From Clostridia bacterium (GTDB taxonomy: Bacteria; Bacillota; Clostridia; RGIG6154), in NCBI GenBank assembly GCA_045589295.1, contig JAZNOU010000002.1, positions 32,001 through 96,000 on the forward strand: a DNA stretch of 64,000 nucleotides, written 5' to 3'. The notes under the pieces were generated by a model. It was not told where the DNA came from. It saw only the letters and a program-made list of their open reading frames with translations, and made no database searches. Each line of letters begins with the position of its first letter. Within the stretch, counting starts at the first letter, position 1. Both the position numbers and the translations under genes were made by a program. This document shows positions 49,884-57,899 of the stretch, piece by piece.

Positions 49884-50315
49884 ATGTTAATAAAACAGGT
49901 TTCTGTGTTTTTGGAAAACAAATCAGGAAAACTTTCTGAAATTATTTCCATTTTAGCTGAAAATGATATTGATATAAGCGCTCTCAGTATGGCAGATACT
50001 GCTGATTACGGCGTTTTGAGAGTTATTGTGGATGACCCGTTAAAAGCTGAAAAGGTTTTAAGGGAACAGGAAATTATTGTAAAAGTGACTGATGTGATTG
50101 GTGTTGCGATAAGCGATGGCCCGGGTGCACTTGCTGAAATTCTTGAAATTCTTAAAAATAATTCGTTGTCAGTAGAATATATGTATGCCTGCGTTGGAAA
50201 ACTTGAAAACAGTGCTTTGGTTGTTATGAAAGTAAGTGAACCTGAAAAAGCGTTGGATGTTCTTGCAAAGGAGCATATTAATACTTTTGATGCAAAAGAT
50301 ATTTACAGAATTTAA
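49884..50315 (+). CDS. tandem ACT domain protein (paaK-associated)
   Basis: KQVSVFLENKSG.L, ADTADYG.LR, D.PG.L, VEYMY. Confidence 0.9.
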   Translation: MLIKQVSVFLENKSGKLSEIISILAENDIDISALSMADTADYGVLRVIVDDPLKAEKVLREQEIIVKVTDVIGVAISDGPGALAEILEILKNNSLSVEYMYACVGKLENSALVVMKVSEPEKALDVLAKEHINTFDAKDIYRI

Positions 50316-50324
50316 GGAGGAAGC

Positions 50325-50630
50325 TTGATGACTAGCAAACAAAGAGCTTATTTGATGAGTCTTGCAGTAAACATTCCGGCAAAATATCAGATAGGGAAAA
50401 ACGGAATTGATTATAACTTTCTTGATTTGATACGTGATGCTTTGGAGGCTAATGAACTTATTAAAATAAATGTACTGGAAAATTCTCTGGCTGACCCTAA
50501 AACCCTTTGCTATCAGCTTTGTGAGACGGTAGATGCCGAGCCCGTTAAAGTTATAGGAAATAAGATTATTATATACAAAGAATCTAAGAATAAAAAGAAA
50601 ATAGTACTTCCTAAAATAAATAAAAAGTAA
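50325..50630 (+). CDS. yhbY: YhbY/CRM RNA-binding protein
   Basis: TSKQRAYL..LA, QIGKNG, ELIKI.VL, VIG. Confidence 0.9.
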   Translation: MMTSKQRAYLMSLAVNIPAKYQIGKNGIDYNFLDLIRDALEANELIKINVLENSLADPKTLCYQLCETVDAEPVKVIGNKIIIYKESKNKKKIVLPKINKK

Positions 50631-50772
50631 ATTTTTTAAAAAATTAAGTGGAAGTACTTGACATAAAAGACAACTTGTTATAAAATAATATACGTCGTAT
50701 TTTACTAACGATGAATTTTAATTTGCTTGATACACTTTTAGTGTATGTATATAGCGGAGGGAGGGAAACCTA

Positions 50773-50949
50773 GTGTCAGAGATTAAAATCAAGGAAAATG
50801 AATCCTTAGATAGTGCTCTTCGCAGATTTAAACGTCAGTGTGCTAAAGCAGGTGTTCTTTCTGAAATCAGAAAAAGAGAACATTATGAAAAGCCAAGCGT
50901 TAGAAGAAAGAAAAAATCCGAAGCGGCTAGAAAAAGAAAGTTTAAATAA
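50773..50949 (+). CDS. rpsU: 30S ribosomal protein S21 (missing from the ORF track)
   Basis: GTG start: [58 protein letters not shown]; RBS GGAGGGAGGG. Confidence 0.97.
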   Translation: MSEIKIKENESLDSALRRFKRQCAKAGVLSEIRKREHYEKPSVRRKKKSEAARKRKFK

Positions 50950-50957
50950 GTAAACTG

Positions 50958-50990
50958 AAAACACAAAGCTTATTGCTTTGTGTTTTTTTT
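50958..50990. terminator. terminator after rpsU
   Basis: AAAACACAAAGC-TTATT-GCTTTGTGTTTT. Confidence 0.8.
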
Positions 50991-50992
50991 GT

Positions 50993-51667
50993 TTAAATTT
51001 TATTCATGACACCGCGTAAAGACTCCCAGTTTCCGTCAGCCATAATCGATACATTTTTCCAGGCGATTCCTCGGTAGCCTTTTTCTTTTATCAGGTTATG
51101 TCTTGTGCTTATGCTTAAAGTGTCTTCAAGAAAAACTAGTCTGGGACTTCCGCCTGGGGATAAATATGTGTAGTATGAATAACACATTGAATCTATAAAA
51201 AAAGTTTTTGCTCCTTTCAATGAGCATTTTAATATTGCCTGATTATAGCTTAAATTTTCCCACGAAGCATCAAGCATATCAAAATCTGTGCACTCACCTG
51301 AAAGTTCTATTAGAGTTTTGTTTTTTAAAGGTAAAAATTCTTCTAAAACTTTTTTAAAAGAGGTGAGAGGATATGGCGGTGTTAACGGGGAAGTGATGGG
51401 GAATCTTACAATTAAAAAGTCGCACAATGGTGCATAAAACTCTGCTATTTTAAACGACGGGGGAACAATTGCAACTTTTTTTGTAAATGAGTTTAATAAA
51501 GTAATATTTTTTTCAAATTGAGAGTAGCTTTTTGAAAAATCGAAAATTTCTCCCAAATATTGTTTTTCGTGTATGCAGTTTGAGAAACCATTAACAGAAA
51601 ACTGAGAAACGCATTTTAAAAGCCTCTCACTTGGGGGTTTGGGAAAAAAGCCGTGTACAATAAACAT
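50993..51667 (-). CDS. hypothetical protein; C-terminus resembles GH18 spore hydrolases
   Basis: SY..A......GA....D.....Y.Y....G..R.VFLED..S.......IKEKGYRGIAW; RBS AAGGAG. Confidence 0.55.
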   Translation of the reverse strand: MFIVHGFFPKPPSERLLKCVSQFSVNGFSNCIHEKQYLGEIFDFSKSYSQFEKNITLLNSFTKKVAIVPPSFKIAEFYAPLCDFLIVRFPITSPLTPPYPLTSFKKVLEEFLPLKNKTLIELSGECTDFDMLDASWENLSYNQAILKCSLKGAKTFFIDSMCYSYYTYLSPGGSPRLVFLEDTLSISTRHNLIKEKGYRGIAWKNVSIMADGNWESLRGVMNKI

Positions 51668-51748
51668 AAAATCTCCTTGCCCTTGAATTTTATATATATT
51701 TATGGTATACTTATTATAATATATGTATATTTTACGGAGTGATAAAAA

Positions 51749-52249
51749 ATGAAATTTTTGTTGCCGAGATTTATGTTTAATGCAATTGAAGAAATTCCGA
51801 TAGAGGCTATGAAAAACCTTGGTGTTAAAGCTGCAATTTTAGATATTGACAATACTTTGGTAGAACCCCATACACCTGTTGCAGATGAGCGAGCTAAGGC
51901 TTTTGTTAAAAAACTTGAACAAAGTGGAATTTTGGTATGTATTGTTTCAAATAATATATATGACAGAGCAAAAAAATTTGCAGACTCAATTCCTGTGCCT
52001 TTTGTTTGTGATAAGAATAAGCCAAACAAAAAACCATTTTTAATGGCACTTGATATTTTAAAGGTTGATGCCAAAAATGTTATGGTTATAGGCGATCAGC
52101 TTTTGACAGATGTGTGGGGTGCAAACAGAATGGGAATGATACCTGTTTTGGTAAAGCCTGTTTGTGATAAAGAGGGAAAGTTTGTTAAATTTAAAAGAAT
52201 AATTGAAAGAAGAATTTTAAAAGGTTTTGAGGGTGAAAAAATTGACTGA
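51749..52249 (+). CDS. yqeG: YqeG family HAD IIIA phosphatase
   Basis: DIDNTL, VSNN, KP, IGDQLLTDVWGANR. Confidence 0.92.
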   Translation: MKFLLPRFMFNAIEEIPIEAMKNLGVKAAILDIDNTLVEPHTPVADERAKAFVKKLEQSGILVCIVSNNIYDRAKKFADSIPVPFVCDKNKPNKKPFLMALDILKVDAKNVMVIGDQLLTDVWGANRMGMIPVLVKPVCDKEGKFVKFKRIIERRILKGFEGEKID

Positions 52250-53063
52250 AAAATTTTTTGTAGCAGGTCACCCTGTGGGACATTCGCTTTCTCCTGTGAT
52301 ACACAGTGTGTTTTTTGAGCACTTTGGAATGAAAGAAAAGTATGGCACAAAAGACATATTACCTGAAGAATTTAAAAACGAGGTAGAAATTTTTAAAAAA
52401 AGTGGTGTTGTAGGCTTTAATGTTACTATACCGCACAAGATTTCCGCTTTTGAGATGTCAGATGTTGTTGACGATTATACTAAAATGGTGGGGGCGGTAA
52501 ACACTGTTGAATTTAAACAGGGTAAAGTTTACGGCTACAACACAGACGGGATTGGGTTTATAAAAGCATTAGAAAAAAATGGGATAAGCGTTAAAGGTAA
52601 AACAGTTTGTATTTTAGGTGCAGGTGGGGCGGTCAATTCAATTGCAGTTAAAACGCATTTAGAAGGCGGGAAAATTATTATACTTGCAAGAAGAAAAGAG
52701 CAGGCAGATGCCATTTGCAAAAAGCAAGGCTTTGGGAGTTCAGATTACATTGAAAATATCAATAAATACACTTTTGACATATTGGTAAATGCGACACCTG
52801 TTGGAATGCATCCTAACGAGGGGACAAGCCCGATTGAGGAAATTAAGGAATGCGAGTTTGTTTATGATCTTATTTATAATCCTGGCAGAACTGAATTTTT
52901 AAGAAGAGCAACAGAAAAAGGGATTAAGTGCGACAACGGTTTGTGGATGCTTGTATATCAGGCGGCTGCTTCGTTTGAAATATGGACTGGCAAAGCGCTT
53001 GATGTGAGTGCCATTGATGAAGCTTACAAAAGGGTTTTGTTGACGTTGGAGGGAAAGAAATGA
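52242..53063 (+). CDS. aroE: shikimate dehydrogenase
   Basis: G.PV.HSLSP..H, NVTIPHK, GAVNT, NTDG.G, GAGG, YDLIYNP; likely TTG start at 52242. Confidence 0.94.
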   Translation: MTEKFFVAGHPVGHSLSPVIHSVFFEHFGMKEKYGTKDILPEEFKNEVEIFKKSGVVGFNVTIPHKISAFEMSDVVDDYTKMVGAVNTVEFKQGKVYGYNTDGIGFIKALEKNGISVKGKTVCILGAGGAVNSIAVKTHLEGGKIIILARRKEQADAICKKQGFGSSDYIENINKYTFDILVNATPVGMHPNEGTSPIEEIKECEFVYDLIYNPGRTEFLRRATEKGIKCDNGLWMLVYQAAASFEIWTGKALDVSAIDEAYKRVLLTLEGKK

Positions 53064-53572
53064 ATGTTGTGCTTACCGGGTTTATGGGTGTAGGGAAATC
53101 AACTATTGGCAAGCTGCTTTCAGAAAAACTTGGATTTGGGTTTTGTGATACTGATAAAGAAATTGAAAAAAACTCTAATATGTCAATCCCTGAAATTTTT
53201 GAAAAGTATGGAGAAACAAAATTCAGAGAAATCGAAACTAAAGTAATTAAAGAAATTTCTTTAAAACAAAATTGTGTCATTTCGTGTGGCGGCGGAGTTG
53301 TTAAATCAGATGAAAATATGAATTATCTGAAAACAAAAGGCAAAATTATTAACCTTTACGCTACAGTTGAGAAGATTTTGTCAAACATAGGCGACGATCA
53401 GGGAAGACCGCTTATTAAGGGCAAATCAAAGCAGGAGATAAAACAGCTCATGGAAGAAAGGGAGCAGTTTTATAAAAATGCAGACCTAAGAATAGACGTT
53501 ACTTATCTTACAAAAGAAGAAATAGTAAATCAAATAGAAGATTTTATAAGAAACGGGGAAAAATATGATTAG
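53060..53572 (+). CDS. aroK: shikimate kinase
   Basis: GFMGVGKST, D.D..IE, GE..FR..E, GGGVV, RPL. Confidence 0.94.
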   Translation: MNVVLTGFMGVGKSTIGKLLSEKLGFGFCDTDKEIEKNSNMSIPEIFEKYGETKFREIETKVIKEISLKQNCVISCGGGVVKSDENMNYLKTKGKIINLYATVEKILSNIGDDQGRPLIKGKSKQEIKQLMEEREQFYKNADLRIDVTYLTKEEIVNQIEDFIRNGEKYD

Positions 53573-54422
53573 ATTTGGTCCATCCGGAAATCCTGATAAA
53601 TTTTATGAAGATGGTAACAAAGCGAGCACGGCTATGCCGCAATGGGTAAAAACACAAGGACTTAATGCTTACGAATATCAGTGCAGTAAAGGCGTTAAAA
53701 TTTCTGAAGTTACCGCAAACAAATTGGGCGATGAAGCAGATAAAAACGATATTTATTTAAGTGTTCACGCACCGTATTTTATAAGTCTTTCTTCGGTAGA
53801 AGAAGAAAAAAGACTTAAAAGTGTTGATTACATTATGCAGACAATGGCAGCAGCAAAGTTTATGGGAGCTAAAAGAATTGTTGTTCATTCAGGGTCTTGC
53901 AGTAAAATGTCAAGAGAAGAAGCATTGGTACTTGCATGCGATACGTTGAAAATTGCAAATGAAGAAATTAAAAACTTAAGGGTTGAAGATATTTCACTTT
54001 GCCCTGAAACAATGGGGAAAATTAATCAGCTCGGTACGGTTGAAGAAGTAATAGAACTGTGCAAAATTTCAGAAAATTTTGTTCCGTGTATTGATTTCGG
54101 ACACGTTAACGCAAGAGAAATGGGAAGCCTTAATGAGTATAAGGATTTTGAAAGGATTGTTAATTTAATTGAAAATGAACTTGGCATAGACAGAGCTAAA
54201 AAGTTCCACGTTCATTTTACAAGAATTGAATATACAACAGGCGGTGAAAAAAAGCATATTCCGTATAGTGATGAGTCTTTTGGCCCTAGCTTTGACCCGT
54301 TTGCAGAACTTATTGTAAAAAAAGATTTAAAGCCTGTTATTATCTGTGAATCACCGGGAATGCAGGCGGAAGATGCACTGACTTACAAAAGAATTTATGA
54401 AACTATGAAGGGGAGATTTTGA
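53565..54422 (+). CDS. AP endonuclease IV-like TIM-barrel protein
   Basis: SVHAPYFI, VVHSG, PETMGK..Q.G, CIDFGH, H.H, E.KH, ICES. Confidence 0.8.
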   Translation: MIRFGPSGNPDKFYEDGNKASTAMPQWVKTQGLNAYEYQCSKGVKISEVTANKLGDEADKNDIYLSVHAPYFISLSSVEEEKRLKSVDYIMQTMAAAKFMGAKRIVVHSGSCSKMSREEALVLACDTLKIANEEIKNLRVEDISLCPETMGKINQLGTVEEVIELCKISENFVPCIDFGHVNAREMGSLNEYKDFERIVNLIENELGIDRAKKFHVHFTRIEYTTGGEKKHIPYSDESFGPSFDPFAELIVKKDLKPVIICESPGMQAEDALTYKRIYETMKGRF

Positions 54423-54850
54423 GTATGAAAATTCTCATTTTAAACGGAGTTAATCTTAATTTGACCGGAATCCGTGAGAAAGGTATTTACGGAAGCCTTA
54501 CACTTGATGAAATTAATGAAAAAATAAAAAAAGAATGTGAGATAAAAGGCGTTGAGTGTGAATTTTATCAATCAAATCACGAAGGTGATATTGTTGATAA
54601 ATTGCACGAAGCGAGAACAAAATACGATGGCGCCATTTTAAATGCAGGAGCATTTACGCACTATTCGTATGGTATACATGATGCTATTGTTGCGGCTGAA
54701 ATTCCTGTAATTGAGGTTCATATGTCCAATGTGCACAAAAGGGAAGAATTTCGTCATAAATCCGTGATTTCACCAGCGTGTAAAGGTGTAATTTGTGGTT
54801 TTGGATATAAAAGCTATATTTTAGGCGTGGAGGCGCTTATTGATGCTTAA
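54419..54850 (+). CDS. aroQ: type II 3-dehydroquinate dehydratase
   Basis: LNG.NLN..G.RE..IYG, QSNHEG, NAGA.TH.S, EVH.SN...RE.FRH.S. Confidence 0.95.
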   Translation: MSMKILILNGVNLNLTGIREKGIYGSLTLDEINEKIKKECEIKGVECEFYQSNHEGDIVDKLHEARTKYDGAILNAGAFTHYSYGIHDAIVAAEIPVIEVHMSNVHKREEFRHKSVISPACKGVICGFGYKSYILGVEALIDA

Positions 54851-55877
54851 AAAAAGAATAGACCGCCTTTTAAACGAAATAGGTGAAACTGCGGTGTATC
54901 TTACTGATTCAGACGATATGTACTATTACTCTGGTTTTGCAGGCGAGGGCGGAGTTGTTGTTTCGAAAGATAAAAGAATTGTTTTAACTGATGGCAGATA
55001 CACAGAAATGGCGCAAAAAAGCTGCCCCGGATTTGAAGTTTTGGCAATTAATGATATGACCCTGGTTTTGAACAGTCTTAAATGTCCTGTTGTTGTGCAA
55101 GCGGACAGTATAAGTTACAGTATGTATTTAAGGCTTAAAGAAGCAGGACTTGAACTTGATCCGTTAAAAGATGTATTTGATCATCTTCGTTCGGTAAAAC
55201 AAGAAAAGGAAATTGAGTGTCTGAAAAAAGCGGCTTTAATTGCAGAAGATGTTTATAAAGAAGTTTTAAAGTTTTTAAGCGTTGGAAAAACTGAAAGAGA
55301 AATTGCAGCATTTATAGATTATCAGATAAAATTAAAAGGTGCTGGAAAAAACTCATTTGAAACAATTTGCGTATCTGGAAAAAACACTTCACTTCCGCAT
55401 GGTGTGCCAACTGATAAACAGTTGCAAAACGGGGAATTTATAACATTGGATTTTGGTGCAAAAGTTGATGGGTATTGTTCTGATATGACAAGAACAGTTG
55501 CATTGGGAAGTGTTACTGATGAAATGGCAAACGTTTATGACGTTGTTTTAAAAGCACAGGAAAAATCACAAAATGCCATAAAAGCAGGGATATCTTGCAA
55601 AGAAATAGATGAAATCGCAAGAGATTATATAAAAGAAAATGGCTATGGTGAGTATTTTGTGCATAGTCTTGGACATGGCGTAGGGCTTAAAATTCACGAA
55701 CAGCCCAACTTGAGTCCAAAGTCAGAAAAAGTACTTGAAGTTAATAATGTCGTGACCGTTGAACCTGGCATTTATATACCTGATAAATTCGGAGTCAGGA
55801 TTGAAAATACAGTGATTGTTACACGTACAAAGGCGATAAGTTTGCAAAAAAGTTCCAAAGAATTGACAATATTATGA
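54840..55877 (+). CDS. Xaa-Pro aminopeptidase (M24B)
   Basis: [40 protein letters not shown]. Confidence 0.93.
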   Translation: MMLKKRIDRLLNEIGETAVYLTDSDDMYYYSGFAGEGGVVVSKDKRIVLTDGRYTEMAQKSCPGFEVLAINDMTLVLNSLKCPVVVQADSISYSMYLRLKEAGLELDPLKDVFDHLRSVKQEKEIECLKKAALIAEDVYKEVLKFLSVGKTEREIAAFIDYQIKLKGAGKNSFETICVSGKNTSLPHGVPTDKQLQNGEFITLDFGAKVDGYCSDMTRTVALGSVTDEMANVYDVVLKAQEKSQNAIKAGISCKEIDEIARDYIKENGYGEYFVHSLGHGVGLKIHEQPNLSPKSEKVLEVNNVVTVEPGIYIPDKFGVRIENTVIVTRTKAISLQKSSKELTIL

Positions 55878-55944
55878 AAAAGACTTGAAATTATTGCAAA
55901 TTTGTTATAAAATAAGAAGAAGAATAAATTGGAGGTTTTTATTT

Positions 55945-56502
55945 ATGATTTCAGCAGGAGATTTTAGAAATGGTATTACATTTGAAATGGAAGGCAATGT
56001 TTTTCAGATAGTTGAATTCCAGCACGTTAAACCTGGTAAGGGTGCGGCTTTTGTTAGAACAAAGCTCAAAAACGTTATTACAGGTGGCGTTGTTGAAAAA
56101 ACATTCAGACCTACAGAAAAACTTGAAAAGGCTCATATCGAAAGAAAAGATATGCAGTATTCATACTCAGATGGTGAACTTTATTACTTTATGGACCAGG
56201 AAACATTTGATATGGTTCCGATCAGCGCGGATCAGGTTGGCGATACTCTTAAGTTTGTAAAAGAAGAAATGATTTGCAAAATCCTTTCTTACAAGGGAAA
56301 TATTTTTGGTATCGAACCACCTACATTTGTTGAACTTTTGGTTACAGAAACAGAACCTGGAATCAAAGGTGATACTGCAACAGGTGCAACAAAGCCTGCA
56401 ACACTTGAAACTGGTGCGCAGATTATGGTTCCGCTCTTTATTGATAACAATGAGATGATCAGAGTTGATACAAGAACCGGAGAATATATGGAAAGAGCGT
56501 AA
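55945..56502 (+). CDS. efp: elongation factor P
   Basis: [38 protein letters not shown]; ATG 55945 after GGAGG. Confidence 0.98.
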   Translation: MISAGDFRNGITFEMEGNVFQIVEFQHVKPGKGAAFVRTKLKNVITGGVVEKTFRPTEKLEKAHIERKDMQYSYSDGELYYFMDQETFDMVPISADQVGDTLKFVKEEMICKILSYKGNIFGIEPPTFVELLVTETEPGIKGDTATGATKPATLETGAQIMVPLFIDNNEMIRVDTRTGEYMERA

Positions 56503-56550
56503 TTTTAGACTTTTGGTATTTAAATAATAAATTAAAAGGAGAATGAAATT

Positions 56551-56988
56551 ATGAGCACATTAAAAGAAAGAGCTTCATACCTTGCAGGATTGGCTGAAGG
56601 AATGGAATTGGAAGCATCAAAAGAAAGCAAGCTTATTTTAAAGCTTTTGGAAGTTGTTGACGAAATGGCTGAGAGAATTGACGATTTGGAAGCATACGTT
56701 GAAGAACTCGATGCTAAAGTTGATGAAATTGATCACGATCTCGGCGATTTGGAAGAAGAATATTATGAAGATTGCGACTGTGATTGCGATGATGACGATT
56801 GTGATTGCTGTGATTGTGATTGCGACGATGACGATGTTTATGAATTTGAATGTGATAAATGCGGCGAAACAATTTTCGTTGACGGAAGCCTTTTAGATGA
56901 AGATGAAGAAATTCTTTGTCCAAACTGTGGTGAAGAAATTTCTCTTGAATTTGATGATTGCGACTGCGGTTGCTGCGATCACGAATAA
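56551..56988 (+). CDS. CD1247-like acidic zinc-ribbon protein
   Basis: LKERASYL.GLAEG, coiled coil, CDKC...CPNC, Cys/Asp-rich tracts. Confidence 0.8.
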   Translation: MSTLKERASYLAGLAEGMELEASKESKLILKLLEVVDEMAERIDDLEAYVEELDAKVDEIDHDLGDLEEEYYEDCDCDCDDDDCDCCDCDCDDDDVYEFECDKCGETIFVDGSLLDEDEEILCPNCGEEISLEFDDCDCGCCDHE

Positions 56989-56999
56989 TAATTAAGTTA

Positions 57000-57031
57000 A
57001 AAAAGCACGTGCATATTTGCACGTGCTTTTT
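57000..57031 (+). terminator. intrinsic terminator
   Basis: AAAAAGCACGTGCA-TATT-TGCACGTGCTTTTT. Confidence 0.85.
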
Positions 57032-57161
57032 TGTATTATTTGGAAAAGCTTACAAATTTTTCTTTATTTTTCTTTGTTTTGTTGACTTTTTTTGGTTTTG
57101 CTATTGACTTTGGTTGTAAAGTGGTGTAAAATATAGTTGTATTATTATCGAGGTATTATAT

Positions 57162-57899
57162 ATGAAACTGATTGCAAGTGATTTAGACGGAACTCTTTTG
57201 TTAAAAGGAGAGAAAAAACTAAATAGCAGAGTTTTAAAGTCTTTGACAGCGCTTAAATCTTCCGAGATTGATTTTTCAGTTGCGTCAGGCAGAACATATG
57301 GCGAACTTATAAGAATTTTTGACGGTTTTTTAAGAGATACATATTTTATTTCATTTGACGGAGCACTAGTGGTTAAAAACGGGGAAAATCTGTATGGCAG
57401 TCCTTTTTCAAAGGAGGATTTAAAGCTTATAAATAAGTTTGATGAGTTTGTTTTGCATGGCAAATTTATGACTTATGTGAAATCTCGTTATCCTTATTTT
57501 ATAAGAAAGATAAAAAAACAATACAATGGGCACGTGGTGCAAATTTCTGATGTATCCGAAATAAAGGATTGTACTTTTAAGTTGGTTTTGTATAAAAATT
57601 TCAGAACGCTGGAAAAACTTCCGTTTGATATGGTGTATAAGGACAATACCTTGTGTGAGTTTGTAAAGCAGGGGACAAACAAAGGAGTTGCTCTTAAAAA
57701 TATTTTAAGCGAACTTAAAATACAACCCGAAGATTGTGCTGTGTTCGGCGACAGTGAAAATGATAAAGAGTTTTTAAAAGTTTCACAAAACAGCTTTGCA
57801 GTTAAAAACTCAAAACACGAGATAAGAAAGATTTGCAAATTCTATACTGATGATATTTCATCGACAATTGATATGTTAGTTAAGGAGGCAACAAAATGA
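57162..57899 (+). CDS. Cof-type HAD IIB phosphatase
   Basis: ASDLDGTLL, ASGR, NKG.AL, FGDSEND. Confidence 0.88.
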   Translation: MKLIASDLDGTLLLKGEKKLNSRVLKSLTALKSSEIDFSVASGRTYGELIRIFDGFLRDTYFISFDGALVVKNGENLYGSPFSKEDLKLINKFDEFVLHGKFMTYVKSRYPYFIRKIKKQYNGHVVQISDVSEIKDCTFKLVLYKNFRTLEKLPFDMVYKDNTLCEFVKQGTNKGVALKNILSELKIQPEDCAVFGDSENDKEFLKVSQNSFAVKNSKHEIRKICKFYTDDISSTIDMLVKEATK

